DNA of 64,000 nt from the NCBI GenBank assembly GCA_013239625.1, contig MU053652.1:1302001-1366000 (forward strand), read 5' to 3'. A program made the position numbers and the translations under genes. Source of the DNA: Lama guanicoe. Taxonomy: Eukaryota. The notes under the pieces are model-generated. The model did no database searches. It saw only the letters and a program-made list of their open reading frames with translations, and was not told the DNA's origin. The first letter of the stretch is position 1; each line of letters opens with the position of its first letter. Below, one piece after another: positions 1-13,455 of the stretch.

Positions 1-259
1 GTGTAAAGTGTTATAATAATACCATCTTACATTTGTTTGCATTATACTGGTTTTCCAGAGAACTTTTATATATATATCATCTCCCTTGGTTCTTTGAGTA
101 TTCCAAAGTTAAGAATTACAATTTTACATTTTATTGTTGAGAGGATTGAGAATCAAAAAGTTAAATAACTTGATGGAAGTCGCTACTACCACATAAGTGA
201 CTGATTCATTATATGAACCAGTCTGTTTTCCCACAATAATATACTGCCCTCTGTGTGCA

Positions 260-930
260 GAATTTTAATGCTTTAGGGGTTACAAAGATGACTCAGGCTC
301 TCTTGGTCTTAAATTCTGGTTTGGAAGATGGACAAATACACAGACAGAAACAGTGCTGAGGGGCTAAAGGAATAGTTCAGGCTTTGGAGATGATGTTGGG
401 CCATAGGGATGAAGAGGAGGGAACCTGCTGTAATTTCTTAGAAGAGTGAGTATCCGTGATGGAACTTTAAATAGGGAGGTGGGTAGGGATTTGAAGGGTG
501 TTTGGCATCCATACTTAGAAAACAGCTGGAATAAAGACGTGCAGAGGTGGAAGAACATAGGTTCTGTTTTAGGATGTGAAATAGGTGAATGTTGTTAAAA
601 CTTAAGGTGCTGATCAGAAAGCTGAGAATGGCTGCAGACTTGAAAGGCAGAGAGCAGCCAACTCCCCCTCTCATGACCATGTTGAGGATGGATTAAAGTG
701 TGGGAGAGAAGAAAGGGGAAAATCTGTTAGGAATGTGGTGCAACCTTCCCATCGAGGGGAAGCAGTTTGAATTGGGAGATTGTTCATTGGCACTGAAAGG
801 GAGAGGTATATGGGAGACATTCCTGAGGTTAGAGTAAGACTAGAAGTGGGAGGTTGGAAAAGAGAAGTGAGATGGACCACACTGTAAAGGCTACTCTGGC
901 TTTGAAGACTGGCAGTAAGCACATTTCAGT
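260..930 (-). mobile_element. Degenerate LINE-2 fragment(s)
   Basis: Purine-rich antisense-L2-like text (ggggttacaaagatgactcaggctctc... ggaagatggacaaatacacagac); boundaries approximate. Confidence 0.45.
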
Positions 931-1234
931 TCATTGAACTTTGGTTTATTACTGAACCAGCAAACAATTCTAAGAGTATACATGAGTTAAGAGCCCAAGT
1001 AACTGGGTAAGGCTTCCTCTTGTCTTGTTAGTTCTTTGCAGAGCAAACCTAGGGTTCTGTAGTCATTTCAGCTGTCATGGAGGAAATAGTCTACCATGCT
1101 AGTGGCAGTCAGAACCAGAGGTTCTCTAACTCTGCTGTATGAAGCTGAGGAAGGTGCCCACTTAGACCCCAAATGTCTTACCTAATGGGACAAGAAGAAA
1201 GCATTCCTATGCCTCAGTCCTATGTGTTCCTTTT

Positions 1235-1993
1235 TTTTTTTTAATGAACTCAAAGATGACCCCCTCCCCCATTTTTAAAATTGAAATCTAGTCAGTTTAC
1301 AGTGTTGTATCAGTTTCCGGTGTACAGCATGTTTCAGTCAGACATATACATACATGTATTCCTTTTCATATTCTTTTTCATTATAGGTTACTACAAGATA
1401 CTGAGTATAGTTTCCTGTGCTATACAGTAGAAACTTGTTGTTTATCTATTGTATATATAGTAGTTAGTATCTGCAAATCTCAAACTCCCAATTTAGCCCT
1501 TCCCATCCCCCTTTCCCCCTGGTAACCATGACTTTGTTCTCTATGTCTGTGAATCTATTTCTGTTTTGTAAATAAGTTCTTTTTTGTCATTTTTTTAGAT
1601 TCCACATATGAGTGGTATCATATGGTATATTTCTGTTCCTTTCTGACTTACTTCACTTAAAATGACGAGCTTCAGGTCCATACATGTTGCTGCAAATGGC
1701 ATTATTTTATTCTCTTTCTATGGCTGAGTAATATTCCATATATACGTATGTGTATACACGTTTAGGATGTTTAAGCTGTTTCTATGTCTTGGCTATTGTA
1801 AATAGTGCTGCTGTGAACATTAGGTTGCATGTATCTTTTCGAATTAGAGTTCCTTCCGGATATATGCCCAGGAGTGGGATTGCTGGATCATATGATCTAT
1901 TTTTAGTTTTTTGAGGTATCTCCATACTGTTTTCTATAATGGCTGCACCAAACTACATGCCCACCAACAGTATAGGAGGGTTGTTTTTTCTCC
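1235..1993 (-). mobile_element. Young 5'-truncated LINE-1 (camelid/artiodactyl-type 3' UTR plus ORF2 end)
   Basis: Poly-T start; typical antisense L1 text (gtcagtttacagtgttgtatcagtttccggtgtacagcat ... tatatgcccaggagtgggattgctggatcata); 13-bp TSD atgtgttcctttt at 1222-1234 and 1994-2006. Confidence 0.92.
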
Positions 1994-2129
1994 ATGTGTT
2001 CCTTTTCTTACTGTCTCACTGGGCCTAGACCTGGCTGTGGCCTGTGCCAGGAAATAAAAAATTTACTGCAGTATGAAGCTCAGTGGCAGCTTTAGACTGG
2101 GTTAATGATAAGTTGTTTTTCATATTGCT

Positions 2130-3130
2130 AAATTTGAAAGACCTCCAAGACATTGACATGGATCTGTTCATTCAGTAAGTTGGAAACATAGGTTTGGACC
2201 TGGGGAAGGTGACCAAGGATGGAGAGAGTTCTGGAATCCTCCTCAAAGAGGTCAGGATTGGGAAGGTGTGAGATGTCCAAGAATGGAATGTGGAGAGAAG
2301 AGAAAAATGGGCAGAGGCAGGATTCTGGCAAATCCCCACCTCTAAGTGGCAAGTGGAGGAGGAGTTGTGCAGGAGACCCCACAGGAGCCATCATCACGGC
2401 AAGGCGAGAATGAGGAGCACCAGGCAGCCACCAGAAGAGAGAATTTCAGGAAGTGGGGGTCTGTCAGAGGCAGAGTTTCCAGAGAGGGCTGGTGGATGAG
2501 CGCTGATGGGGCCAGTGAGTCGGGAGATTACTGGTCAGTAGCTACCTTAGGGGATGTGCATAATCACAGAGTGTTGGAGTCAGGCCCCAGACTTCAGATG
2601 GTGACAGCAGAGGGAAAGGGAAAAGCAATGATTATTCTTTCATGGTTTTAATCTTTGAAAGAAAGGTGGTAAAGAATATATACCTTGAGGAAGCAACACT
2701 TTTTAAGGAGGTTTTCTTTAAAGAGATCAATGTATTTGAGAGTTGAGGGGAAGAATTCAGTGGCAAGAGGATAAAAAATACAAGAAAGAGATAATAAATT
2801 GGTAGAGCAAAGTCTCAGAATTTTGGAAGGGAACACTTTCTAGGGTAGAAATGAGGCTCTTTGGAAGGAGGGAGGATTCCTCTTCACAGTGAGGGAAGGA
2901 GAAAAGCAAGGATGATGGAGGAAATTTTAGTGGGAGGGAGGGAAGTTTCCTAACGGCTTTCATTTTCTCAGTCAAAGGACTTACTGAGAATCTGCATTCT
3001 TCTGTGTAAATGCTGAGTCTGTCTGGTCGTTGGGGTAGCAGGCTGAGGCACCCCAAGGTGGATGAGGTCAAATAAGACAGATGAAATGGAATTCCTGAAC
3101 CAGTGCCCTGAGCAGGCACATCCTCAGGCT
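2130..3130 (-). mobile_element. Degenerate LINE-2 body fragments
   Basis: Purine-rich text resembling antisense L2 ORF2; explains the spurious ORFs at 2128-3140; boundaries approximate. Confidence 0.4.
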
Positions 3131-4589
3131 GATCAGACATTGATAACTCTTACCTGTCCTCATTGCCCCCTTCCTGGCACACCTGTCTGAGCTTCAGCTT
3201 TCAGACAGGTCTGCTGGGCTTCTTTCAGTTTTTACCGTTTATCTCTGATCGCATTTCCTTCATGTTACAGATTTTCCTTTGTGCCGACCTGCCCTCCTCC
3301 CTTAGTAGGATTCCTTTCTACTCAGGCCTCCAGCTAAAACCAGCTGGGACTTGGCCTCTTCCGGAAACTGACCAGGTTCTTTGCTGCTAGGAGCCAAAGA
3401 GGCTGAGGTTCCCTTATGGGCCCTTGTTTTCTACTGTATCAATCAATGTGTTTGTTATACAAATACATGACTATAATCGAGGATCCTTCAACAGGGGTGT
3501 CCTTCAGGATATGGGGTAGATGAAGATGCTTCTTGGGAAAGATGGGAGTGTTTAAAAAAAATTAGAATGAAGTCTTAAAGATGTCTGACAGATTTGTTTT
3601 CCATCATACTAATTTTTTATCGCTGGAGCATATTTTTGAGTCTCACTTAAGGTTGAGTTTTTCCAGTGCTTCTGATGTCTGTTCTGACTTTCTGACAGTG
3701 GAAATGGGCATCTCATTCTAATAGCCTTAAAGTAAAGATTGTCAATTTTAAACAGTTTAATAGGTAAGTAAGTGATAGCTCTATTTTAACAATGTCTTTT
3801 TATTTTTTGAAAAACAAGTTGTTTTAGAAATTTAAGCTGTTTTAAAAAGTAATTGCTTCCATGTAACTTAGCAACAGCTGTTAGACTATTCTAAATGGCT
3901 TGGGGAAGGTTCAGTGTTGTAAAACTTGGAAGATCTGAAGTTTGTTATGTATTTTATCAAATCACCAGCTTTTCCTGTGCATTTGATTTGAAACATGTGT
4001 GGATTGTGTCATATCTACCTGTCTGGATTAGGAGCAAAGCTGATTGATTCCTGGTGAGAAGTTAGAAATGAATATAAAGGTTCCAGAAACTTGGTGTGTG
4101 TATTCAAAGCAAAGGAGATCTCTCCCATGTCACTTCATTGTGGTTAATGAAGGCAGCTGAGAAGGGAACCAGAAGCATCAGTAGTTGGCAGAAAATTTAC
4201 GGTTTTCCATGAAACTACTGTTGATACTGCAGTTTGGGGAATGAGCGAGCATCTGTTTCATAGGCTTGGTTATAGTGGGCTCTTAACTGTATGTGGTTCT
4301 AATTCAGGGGTTGCGGATTTATGTGTAATCCTGCGAAGACATGTTTCATTAAGTTGTACTCCCTAAAATTCTGTCATTCTTTGGATTCTGATCATTGCAC
4401 CCATATCCCATAATATGTAGAGCTGCTCATAAAGACAAATCAGTAGAGATTCTTGATAAGCAGGATGGACACTGATGTCTTATTAAAACAAAAATAGCCA
4501 TGTGTCCAAGGTGCAGCTTACAGAAAACATTCACTTCCCTCACATTTGCTTGTCGTGGACTCCTCTGAAGTAGGCTTACTTCCTTTTCA

Positions 4590-5455
4590 TCCTCCGTGTT
4601 CTCCATAGACAGTCTCATCTACACCTATGTCTCTAGCCCTCAACCCTAAACCAACAACCCCAGAATCTATTCAAGGCTATATTTTTCAATATGCAACATT
4701 TGACTAGTCCTTTTCTTTCCACCTGCCAACTTCAGGAGAACCTGGTGTTCTCTTTCTCAGTGGGCGGGTCCACCATCCCCATCAGAAGTCCAGCTGTACT
4801 CCATGCCATCCCTCAATCCTTTCCCAAACCCTGCTGATTCTAGTTCTGGTGACTGACATTCAACCCTGTTGCCAAAGATCACGTCCCAGCCTTTCTGACA
4901 TTAAGCCTGCATTTCTTCAAGCATATCCCTGCTTGCCTTAGTGTTCCACATTGCCTCTGGAGTGGTTTATCTCACCTGAAGCTCTGGTGTGTCGCTGCCA
5001 TGCAGGAAATCCTGCAGTGGTCTTCAGGTAAAGTGGGCACTTCATCATGGCACCGAGGGCCTGTCCTCACACCCTGCCCACGCTTGCTTTGCTGCCTTAC
5101 CTCTGGCCATGTTTCTGGGTGCATCTTCGACTCCACTGCCCTGAGCCCCTTGTGGGTTGCGGAACCTGCCACGCTCTTTTATGCTGCCGCCCTCCATGCT
5201 TTAATGCCTTAGCCTGCGGGTATCTGTCCACATCTTTTCCACCGAACTCTTTCTTGAGCCCCATTTTTTGGAAGTACTTTTGTTAACATTTTCCATCCAC
5301 TGTGAAGTCTGTTAGCCTTCCTCTCTGTTCTGCTCCGTTTGCCCAGTGGATGGAGAAGTCTTAGAAAACAAGGGCAGTGTGGTGTCCACCTGTTTCTCTG
5401 GCACCTTACATCGTATCTGAGACAGATGTATATGCAGTGGATGTTTGCAGAACAT
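4590..5455 (+). mobile_element. Degenerate LINE-2 including 3' end
   Basis: Pyrimidine-rich L2-like body ending ...aagtcttagaaaacaagggcagtgtggtgtccacctgtttctctggcacc...gatgtttgcagaa. Confidence 0.5.
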
Positions 5456-8400
5456 TTCACTGGTCTGAGTCCACACAAATTTTAAGTAACTAAATGACTT
5501 CTTCAGGGTTACAGGGCTGAAATCAACAAAAATTAACTCCATGTCCAAAGTTGTTCTAGTTTAGCGCTTCTATTCTGCTTTTGTGTATGCTGATTTTTTT
5601 AAAAGTAAGTCATGTTCAGCTAACCAAACTTTTGGTCTTGCTTGAGTTACCCTCTTTGGGTTTTTTTTCCCCCTTAAGTGTTGATGTTAAAGCAGCTTGT
5701 TAGTATGGCTGAGCGCTGGTCGGCTGGCTGTACCATAGGTGAAAAATACCAGCCACAGAGCTGTTCAAAAATTTCTATAAATAACATAAACTCAGTGAAA
5801 ACTTCTCATTACCATCCTGAGGGGGTAGCCAGGGGACCATGTCCCTTGTGAATAATGCATTTAATTAAGTCCAATTTTTAACGTTTGAAGGCAATAACTA
5901 GACAAATTTATTACTCCCAATATTTATATCTTATAAAGTACTAAGTTGTAGCTGGAAAGCAGTAATGAAATTCAGTCATTTTGAAATGAATTCCGGAGTC
6001 ACAATAATGAAGGGTTAATCGATGATGTTCTGTGGTTTGTACTTGCAACTTTGCAGTTTAATCAGTTTCTTTTAAAATTAGTCTTACATTTTTAAATGAG
6101 AAATTGTCTCCCACCCATTTTTTAGATAAGAATCTATTCCGTTTTTAATGGAGACTGAAATGATTTTCCTACATTCTTTTTTCCTACTCTACTCCCCCCA
6201 CCCCCACTCCATTTTTAATACTGTTATCTCATAAGGATTGTTTTCTGTTTTGAGAATTTTTTCCCCTGAAACCCAGCACCTTTTCCCCTTCTGAACAGAT
6301 ATATTCAAAGAAAGAATAGCCCTTCTTTCATCCATTATAAATGATGTTTCATTTGAACATGTCATCTTGCTTTTTGTTACAATGGAGATCAAAGGAATAT
6401 AGGTTCACCAGTAGTGTTCAGCGGTTCTTTTCAGTTCTGGACCTTGAAGAAATAGGATCTGGTTTAATTTGTAACAGCCTTAGATCTCTCTCAGACGTGT
6501 GGCACCCAGACGGCTGGCTATTACTGCATGCTGTCTATGTTTGTGTGTTTGTGTGTGTGTAAGAGAGCTGGACATTTGTTATTACATATGCTTTGCAATG
6601 AATACACATCTAAAGGAATGTATTTGTGTTGAAATATTACTTGTTTCTATTTAAACCAAGTTAGGAGTCCTTTAAAGATCGCCATTTAAAAATATTCACT
6701 CCACAGTTTGAGCTCTAGTGTCATGAATTTTCAATATTGCACAGTTGCTTGGCTTTTTTTTTTTTAAGAGGTTTAAAAAATATTCAGTTCCTTACTATGA
6801 CGAGAACCGTATGATGCTTTTAAAAGATGAATCAGTTTGTCGTCTCTTGGAGCATAGGTAGGATGAGATGAGGAGAGATCAGTTGTTACCTATGTTTAAA
6901 ACCAGGACAGTGAATCTCACTTAAATAACTATGAGACACTGACAGATTTATAAATTAAAAACAATTGAGCTGTTTTTGAACACCCTGCTTTGCACTTTGT
7001 CCTGTGAGTCATGTATTTATGTCCGATGATATTGTAAGACTGTTGTTGGGTTGTGTTAAGCCCAAACCTTATCACTCAGGAGGCTTAGCATCTGATCATT
7101 CTTAGTCTTCAGAACTTCCATATGATGTATTCCATATTTCACTGAACCAGGCGTCTTTCTCCCAGTCTCATCCCTGTCACTGAATTTCATCCTTAACACT
7201 GATCTTACTCTCATCTAAATGCCAGAGTTCCTTTTGCTCCCATTCCTTATTTCTCCAGTGTGGTCAAAGTCTCATTCTCCTTCCAGTTGCATTGAATATT
7301 TACTGTAAGATTTATGAGCCAAACATTATTTTATGATTCTGATGAATTGCATAGTTTATCAGTGTTGTCTGCAAAGGATTGCGATATTCTTCAGAAGTCT
7401 AATGCCCATTTATTTATTGCACAGAACTAATAAATACTTAAACAGTGCATCTGTGTATTTTGTGCTTAATTATTCTTGCTCCTTCCCTAAATCAAATTGT
7501 ACTTCCCATGTATCCATTTCTTTTTCATCTTTGGGTGACAGAAGCATTTAAATAAAATTTCAGGGATAAAGGCCAAAAACATTTCTGGTTACTGAGTGGG
7601 TTCTACCTTCTCATGTATCTTCCTTTGACAAGGCCTGTTTGAAAAAGTGTTTATTTGGATGTGTAGAACTTGAGTTCTGATTTTAATCTTATTTTACATG
7701 CAGTTTTATGGATGAGGATCTGAAGGTACATAAAACCTTCACGCAGAGTCAAGTTTATAGACCCTGAGATCCCTGTTGCAGAGAATTAAAAAAAAATCTT
7801 GTTCAAAGTCAATACTATGTTCTAGCCGGTTGCACTTGCCAGAAATCTGGCCATTGTGTAAAATGGAATAATAAAAAAATTTTTTCTCTGTAAATATTTT
7901 ACATTTATATCTATGTCTAATCTTACGTATTCTATCCATTTGGGAAAAGTGGGTTTGGAATGTCCAGTCGCATGTAAGTCTGTCTATGAATAGGTAGTCA
8001 CACTCCCGCCAACTATGTTGAAACACATAGACATTTAAAACCGGTTAAAGTATCAACAGATTTTGAAAAGAATTATTAATGTAAGTTTTTTTGCTAACTA
8101 AATAAAACAACACCTTTATCAAATGAAGCCAGACCATTTGGAATGATATTTCCTCATTATCGGCCAAGGGATATGATTTAGAAAAGTGAGAAGTAGTTGA
8201 TTTGCAAATAGATTGCCCCATACCTGAAATATAGGGGAGCTATTTATAAGTAGACGTAAATTAATGTTAAGAGTTTCAATTGTGGCTAAATCTCTGAAAG
8301 TGTATGCAACTCAGCAAAAATTGATCAGGCCACTTGGACTCAAATAATCAGAATAATTTCATGCTTAAGGGAAAAATATGACAAACATTTCAAAGTTGTA

Positions 8401-8539
8401 ACAGACATTTGCACAAAGTTCAAATATATCAGTAGTACCTGCTGGTAAGTTTGGTTTTTTTTGTTTTTGGATTTTTTTTGTTTTTGTTTTTTCATTTTAA
8501 TGTTGAGAGAAAGAGAAACAAGGCTGCAGTACTGAGACT

Positions 8540-9050
8540 TTTTTTTTTTTAGAGCAGTTTCAGGTTCACAGCAGAATTGAGCAGAAAATACAGAGTTCGC
8601 ACATAGCCCTCCCCACCCACACATATATACTCCCCTATCCTCAACATCTGTCATCAGTATGGCATATTTGGTACAATTGATGAACTAACATGGACACATT
8701 ATTATCAACCAAAGTCCATAGTTTTCATTAGGATTTACTCTTGATGTTGTACGTTCTATGGGCTTTGACAAATGCATAATGACATGTAGCCACTACTATA
8801 GTCTCATACAGAATAATTTCATTGCCCTAAAAATCCATTATGCTCCATCTATTCATTCCTCCATCCCTCTCTCTCCCCAAACCCCTGGACACCACGATCT
8901 TTTTATTGTTTCTGTAGCTTTGCTTTTTCCAGAATGTCATTTGATTGGAATCATATAGTTTGTAACCTTTTTAGACTGGCTTCTTTCATTTAGTAATATG
9001 TCTTTTAAGTTTCTTCCATGTCTTTCATGGCTTGATAGCTCATTTTTTTT
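8540..9050 (-). mobile_element. Old LINE-1 3' end (L1MC-like)
   Basis: Poly-T then agagcagtttcaggttcacagcagaattgagcagaaaatacagagttc ... ccagaatgtcatttgattggaatcatatag ... gactggcttctttcatttag. Confidence 0.85.
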
Positions 9051-9159
9051 TAACGGCACATATATTTTTAAATTTACATATATGTAGTGTTCATTGTTTC
9101 TAAGAACGTTTAGAGTTTTAGCTTTTTAAGCTTACATAGTTATTAAGGAATAAAGCCAC

Positions 9160-9385
9160 CCACAAAATAAGAATTAATTCAAAAAGATACACACACCCTG
9201 CTATTAACAGCAGCATTATTTATAATTGCTAAGATATGGAAGCACCCTAAGTGCACATCGCTAGTTGAATAGATAATGAAGATGCAGCATATATATATAT
9301 ATATATATACATACACACACACACACATATATGGAATGGAATACAGCTCACCCATAAGAAGGAAGGATATTTTGCCATTTGCAGC
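9160..9385 (+). mobile_element. LINE-1 ORF2 C-terminal fragment with internal (AT)n(AC)n microsatellite
   Basis: Translates to MEYSSPIRRKDILPFAA, like the L1 ORF2 end MEYYSAIKKNEILPFAT; gcagcattatttataattgctaagatatggaagcaccctaagtg. Confidence 0.85.
9289..9332. repeat. Compound (AT)n(AC)n microsatellite
   Basis: Seen directly. Confidence 0.95.
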
Positions 9386-11674
9386 CCTTCATTCACTTTT
9401 TTTTTCCTACTTCAAAAACCAGAATCTTATAACCAGCATAAACATTTCCATTACATCAAAAACATCAAAATATCTAGAAGTAAACTTAACCAAGGAGATT
9501 ATACTCTTGAGACCTTTTTTAGTGAGTGAACAGAATATGAGATGTGGCCCTGGCTTGGATGCACATCAGTGATGGGATGTTGACAGCTCTCTAAAACTCT
9601 GTGGCCTTCTCTTTGGTATTTGGGCTTTGGAGGAAGTGAACCAAATACTGATGATTAATGAACAGAGGTGCTTAGTGGTAATATTAGTAGTTTTGCCTGA
9701 GAGAGGTCACGTGTAATGCCTGTGAACAGATTTTTGAGAGATTTGGCCAACGTCTCCTACTTTCTTAAGGGTACAGTGGTTGCACTGTCGCCTGCCCTGC
9801 TCTTTGCATTCATGAAGTTGTCTCAGGCCGCTTCACATGCCCACCCTGTTTCCTCCTTTTCTGCCTTCTGAACTCTTGTCTACCAAATTAAAACCAGGGC
9901 TTCCCCTTTACTTGGGATATTCTCTTTGTGAGCCTGAGAAAGCAGATCCAGTCCAGCTCTGTCATACACATCAAAGAGAAGACGCTGGAGCTAGGTGGTG
10001 TTTCTTTGCTCCTTCTGGCTGAGCGTCCCCGGGCAGTCGTTGATTCCTGTTGAATCTTTGTTTCCTCCTCTGAGCGGAGAGTCTTGAAAAGAGGGGTTTC
10101 TCAAGTCCTTCGAAACTGTAAAATTCTGTGTCTGAAAGTTGTATGTTCTGCAGGGAAGTTAGACCTCTCACTAACCCAGTGTCATCAGCCTCTGAGACTT
10201 GGTGATAAGAAGCCCCATTTAGGTTTTGTAACCGCTTTAGGACTAGTTTCTAAAGGAAACATAGATTCCAAATGCCGAACAATTGCCTCAGAAAGTAGCC
10301 TTAGGAAGAGAACTTAGATAAACCTTTTTCTTGTGTTTTCTGTTTGTGTCCTATTTTTCTGTTTAGTGAAGGTCTCAAGCTCTTCTAAATTTCAGTTTAT
10401 TTATCTGTAAATTGAGATTCTTGACACTTCCTTCAAGCAAGTATTGGGTTTATTTACTGTTTACTTTTGGGATGAGTCTAATATGCAGAGATGTGTTAGA
10501 TTATTAATCTTATTACTTTGGAAAAGATCTGTTTCAAAGGGTGAGTACTGAAACTTGCCCTAGTACTTGGAATTTATTTGTTTTTATTACATTTCATAAA
10601 TGAAATTTCAGAGCCTGGAGGAAAGTAGTGGTGTTAGTATATTTCAGGAATATGTAATTGGCTTGAATTCTTTGGTAGAGGAGAATTTTGTGAAATTAGA
10701 GTATCATTATGAGTAGAGTCTAGTTGTTTGCTTGTCTGTATATGGACCCTTCAAATCTTTTAAAAATTGGAGTCGTAATTTACTCAAATATAATAATGTA
10801 CAGGCTAAAATATTGTTCAGTTTACATATATCACTGTTTTCCTCCTCTTGTTCTACATTTAATGATGTTCCATGGTTTTTGCTTCTCTGTGATAGTGATT
10901 TATCATGAGAAACTGGGAATAATAGCTGGGAAACAGCCTCTATCTGAGGGAGCCCAGAGGAGGATGTGACCCACACTTGCCATTTTAGCTCAAGCAGTGC
11001 CTGTTAGTGTACATTTACCCCAGCCAGTAAGTGTGGGTAAGACAGCACAAAAGAAATGATGTTTAGAATTAGTTTTCTTATAAGCATTTGACAAAGAAGC
11101 TGAGCTGTAATGGGAAGTATGGTTTGAAAAACTGTTTTCATTTTAAACTACTGGGCTGGGTTTTTCTAGCAGGAAAGATAATCTATGAATGACTTTTACA
11201 AAACCAAGAACATTTAAAAAATAGTGATGCATAAAATAATGAAACGATTGTGTTTCATTTTGGGACATAGCAAGCCTGCTATTCTAATTGAGATGCCAAT
11301 CCCTTGAACTTGGAGTGGATGGCCCATTTGCTGGGTGGCCATATTGGGCACAAAAACAACTTGCCTCTAAAACACGCAAGAGCATTCTGTTAGCATCTTG
11401 GACTAACTATTATTGCTTCTCTCTTTCATGACAACAGATAAGTAAACAAGCAAAAACAAATACGGAACAAGTTAGGAATCAATATCCTCTCTATTTATGA
11501 CCCAGATTTCTTGTATTTAATAAGAATTGTGAGTTGAGAGAATGTGTTGTCTCCGTTGTGTTTGGTTATTCAGAAACTAGAACTAAATCATCTGTTTCTC
11601 TGCTTTTTCAGAACACTTGCATGTCAGATAAGCATCTTCTTTGCATAGCTATCCATTTTCTTGCCCAAAGTGTT

Positions 11675-11813
11675 GGGGTGTGAAAGCAGCTGTGGACACT
11701 ACATACATAATTCATACATAAATGAATGGTAGGGGATTGTGTTCCAATAAAACTTTATTTCCAAACAGCTGGCAGGCAAGCTATGGTCCTTGGGCCATAG
11801 TTTACTGATCTCA
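11675..11813 (+). mobile_element. MER58A-like hAT-Charlie MITE, 3' half
   Basis: gtgaaagcagc ... tgtgttccaataaaactttattt ... gggccatagtttactga matches the recalled MER58A consensus. Confidence 0.8.
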
Positions 11814-12634
11814 GAGTTAGGGTCACAATTCTGCTCTCCACATACTCTTACATACAACACTGCTCCATGGATTATCCATATTATAAATAACGGGATAGAT
11901 ACAGGGGTGATGGTTGTGGGCATTTCCTGTGTGCTTACTGTAGCTCTATCCCTTTGTCACTTAAGAAAACATCCCAGAAATCCGAGAAATGAGAGCAACT
12001 TATCATAGGGGTAACCTTGAATCTTCTCTGATGTGTGTAACAAGTAAATCAATCAAAATCTTCAGTAGTTTAGTAGCAGTGTCAGATTACTTGTCATAGT
12101 CCTCACAGCTGTGTGACACCCTGGGTTGTGTACATCTTTGAGAATGCCAGTTTTAGAAGGCCAGTTCTTTGGAGTTAACAGTTGAAGTCTCATAGAATAT
12201 AATTTGTCAAAGCTGAAGCAAGACATCTTTGCTCATCAGTAGTGTGTACACATGGGCCATGCAGAGCTTAGTGTGTGCAAAATGCTCTCATTTGTTGTTC
12301 ATAGAGGTATGTGAATAAGCGAGCCAAATGATAATGTCTTATAGTTTAATTAAATTAATTAAATTAAAAATATTGTAATTTTTCCTCGATTTCCCCCGTC
12401 TCTGCCTTCTGCAAGCTAGAATTGCTGTAGAATAATCTTGAATACATGTGACTGGATTTGGCCAACCTGAACGTTTGTTTTACAGCTTTCTGGGAAGTTG
12501 TTAGAGATCAGTTTGTCTTGGGTTACCGTTTGGTCACGGAACGGTAAATAATTTATGTGAGCTCCTGGCAAGAGCAAACCCAAACGTATGGGATTAGAGT
12601 GAAATGAAGGGTGATGATCATGGTGATTCAGATA

Positions 12635-13270
12635 CAGTGTAACTCTTATCTGGCCTGCACAGAGTCCATTCGGGGGATGGAACAACTTTCATTCCCTCAA
12701 AGAGCCTGATCTGTGATGCTCGTGCCTCATTGGTGCTCATCACTAGTAAACCTGGGACATTTCTTAACTGATCAGTTAAGTTGGATGCTTACCAAGAGTC
12801 AACTGTCTTTGTTCGTAAACCGTTTTAGGTCATTTGTTATTGTAATTACATAATTTAATTAAATGTCATCTGTTGCTATTTGTATGATAAAGAAGGTGAA
12901 TGCTTTGGAAAGACTCATAAGGGTTATTTACTAAAAACTTGCTTTTGACTTGGGTATGGGTATGGGTAGGGGAACTGTGGCAAAGACTGGGGGGAATCTA
13001 GAAGGATCTCACACACTGATTGCTCTATAAGGATCTTTAAGTTCTCCCTCACCTCTGAATAAACTGGTTGAAATAGTAGATAATCTCATATAAAGATTAT
13101 AGAGAACCGGTCCAAGGAAGGGCTCCTTCTTGTATGAGACAACTAGCAAATAATTTGTATTTAATATTTTATTACAACTTAATATATGAAGTACGCTGTA
13201 TCTTTTGTTTCTCACTTTGTGTTTTAAATGTATCATTTACTGGTCCTGATTATATTTGAGAGTTTTCCAG
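12635..13270 (+). mobile_element. Tigger (pogo-like) DNA transposon fossil, Tigger13-like
   Basis: Frameshifted transposase N-terminal HTH remnants KVNALERL / KLAFDLGMGMGRGTV / NLEG at about 12893-13030. Confidence 0.6.
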
Positions 13271-13274
13271 ATGT

Positions 13275-13455
13275 GTTATACACTGAGCCAGTGCTTTACA
13301 TGAAGTCTCTTATTTATCCTTATGGCAGCCCGATTATTATCTTCACTTAAGTGATGGGGAACCTAATGCTTAGAAAGCCAACATCATTTTCCTAAGATCC
13401 CTAAGCTAGTAAATGCCAGATCTGAGATGCAGTATCCTTGTCCTACTCACCATAC
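13275..13455 (-). mobile_element. MIR SINE
   Basis: gtgctttacatg...attattatcttcacttaagtgatggggaacctaatgcttagaaag...cctaagatccctaagctagtaaatg. Confidence 0.7.
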
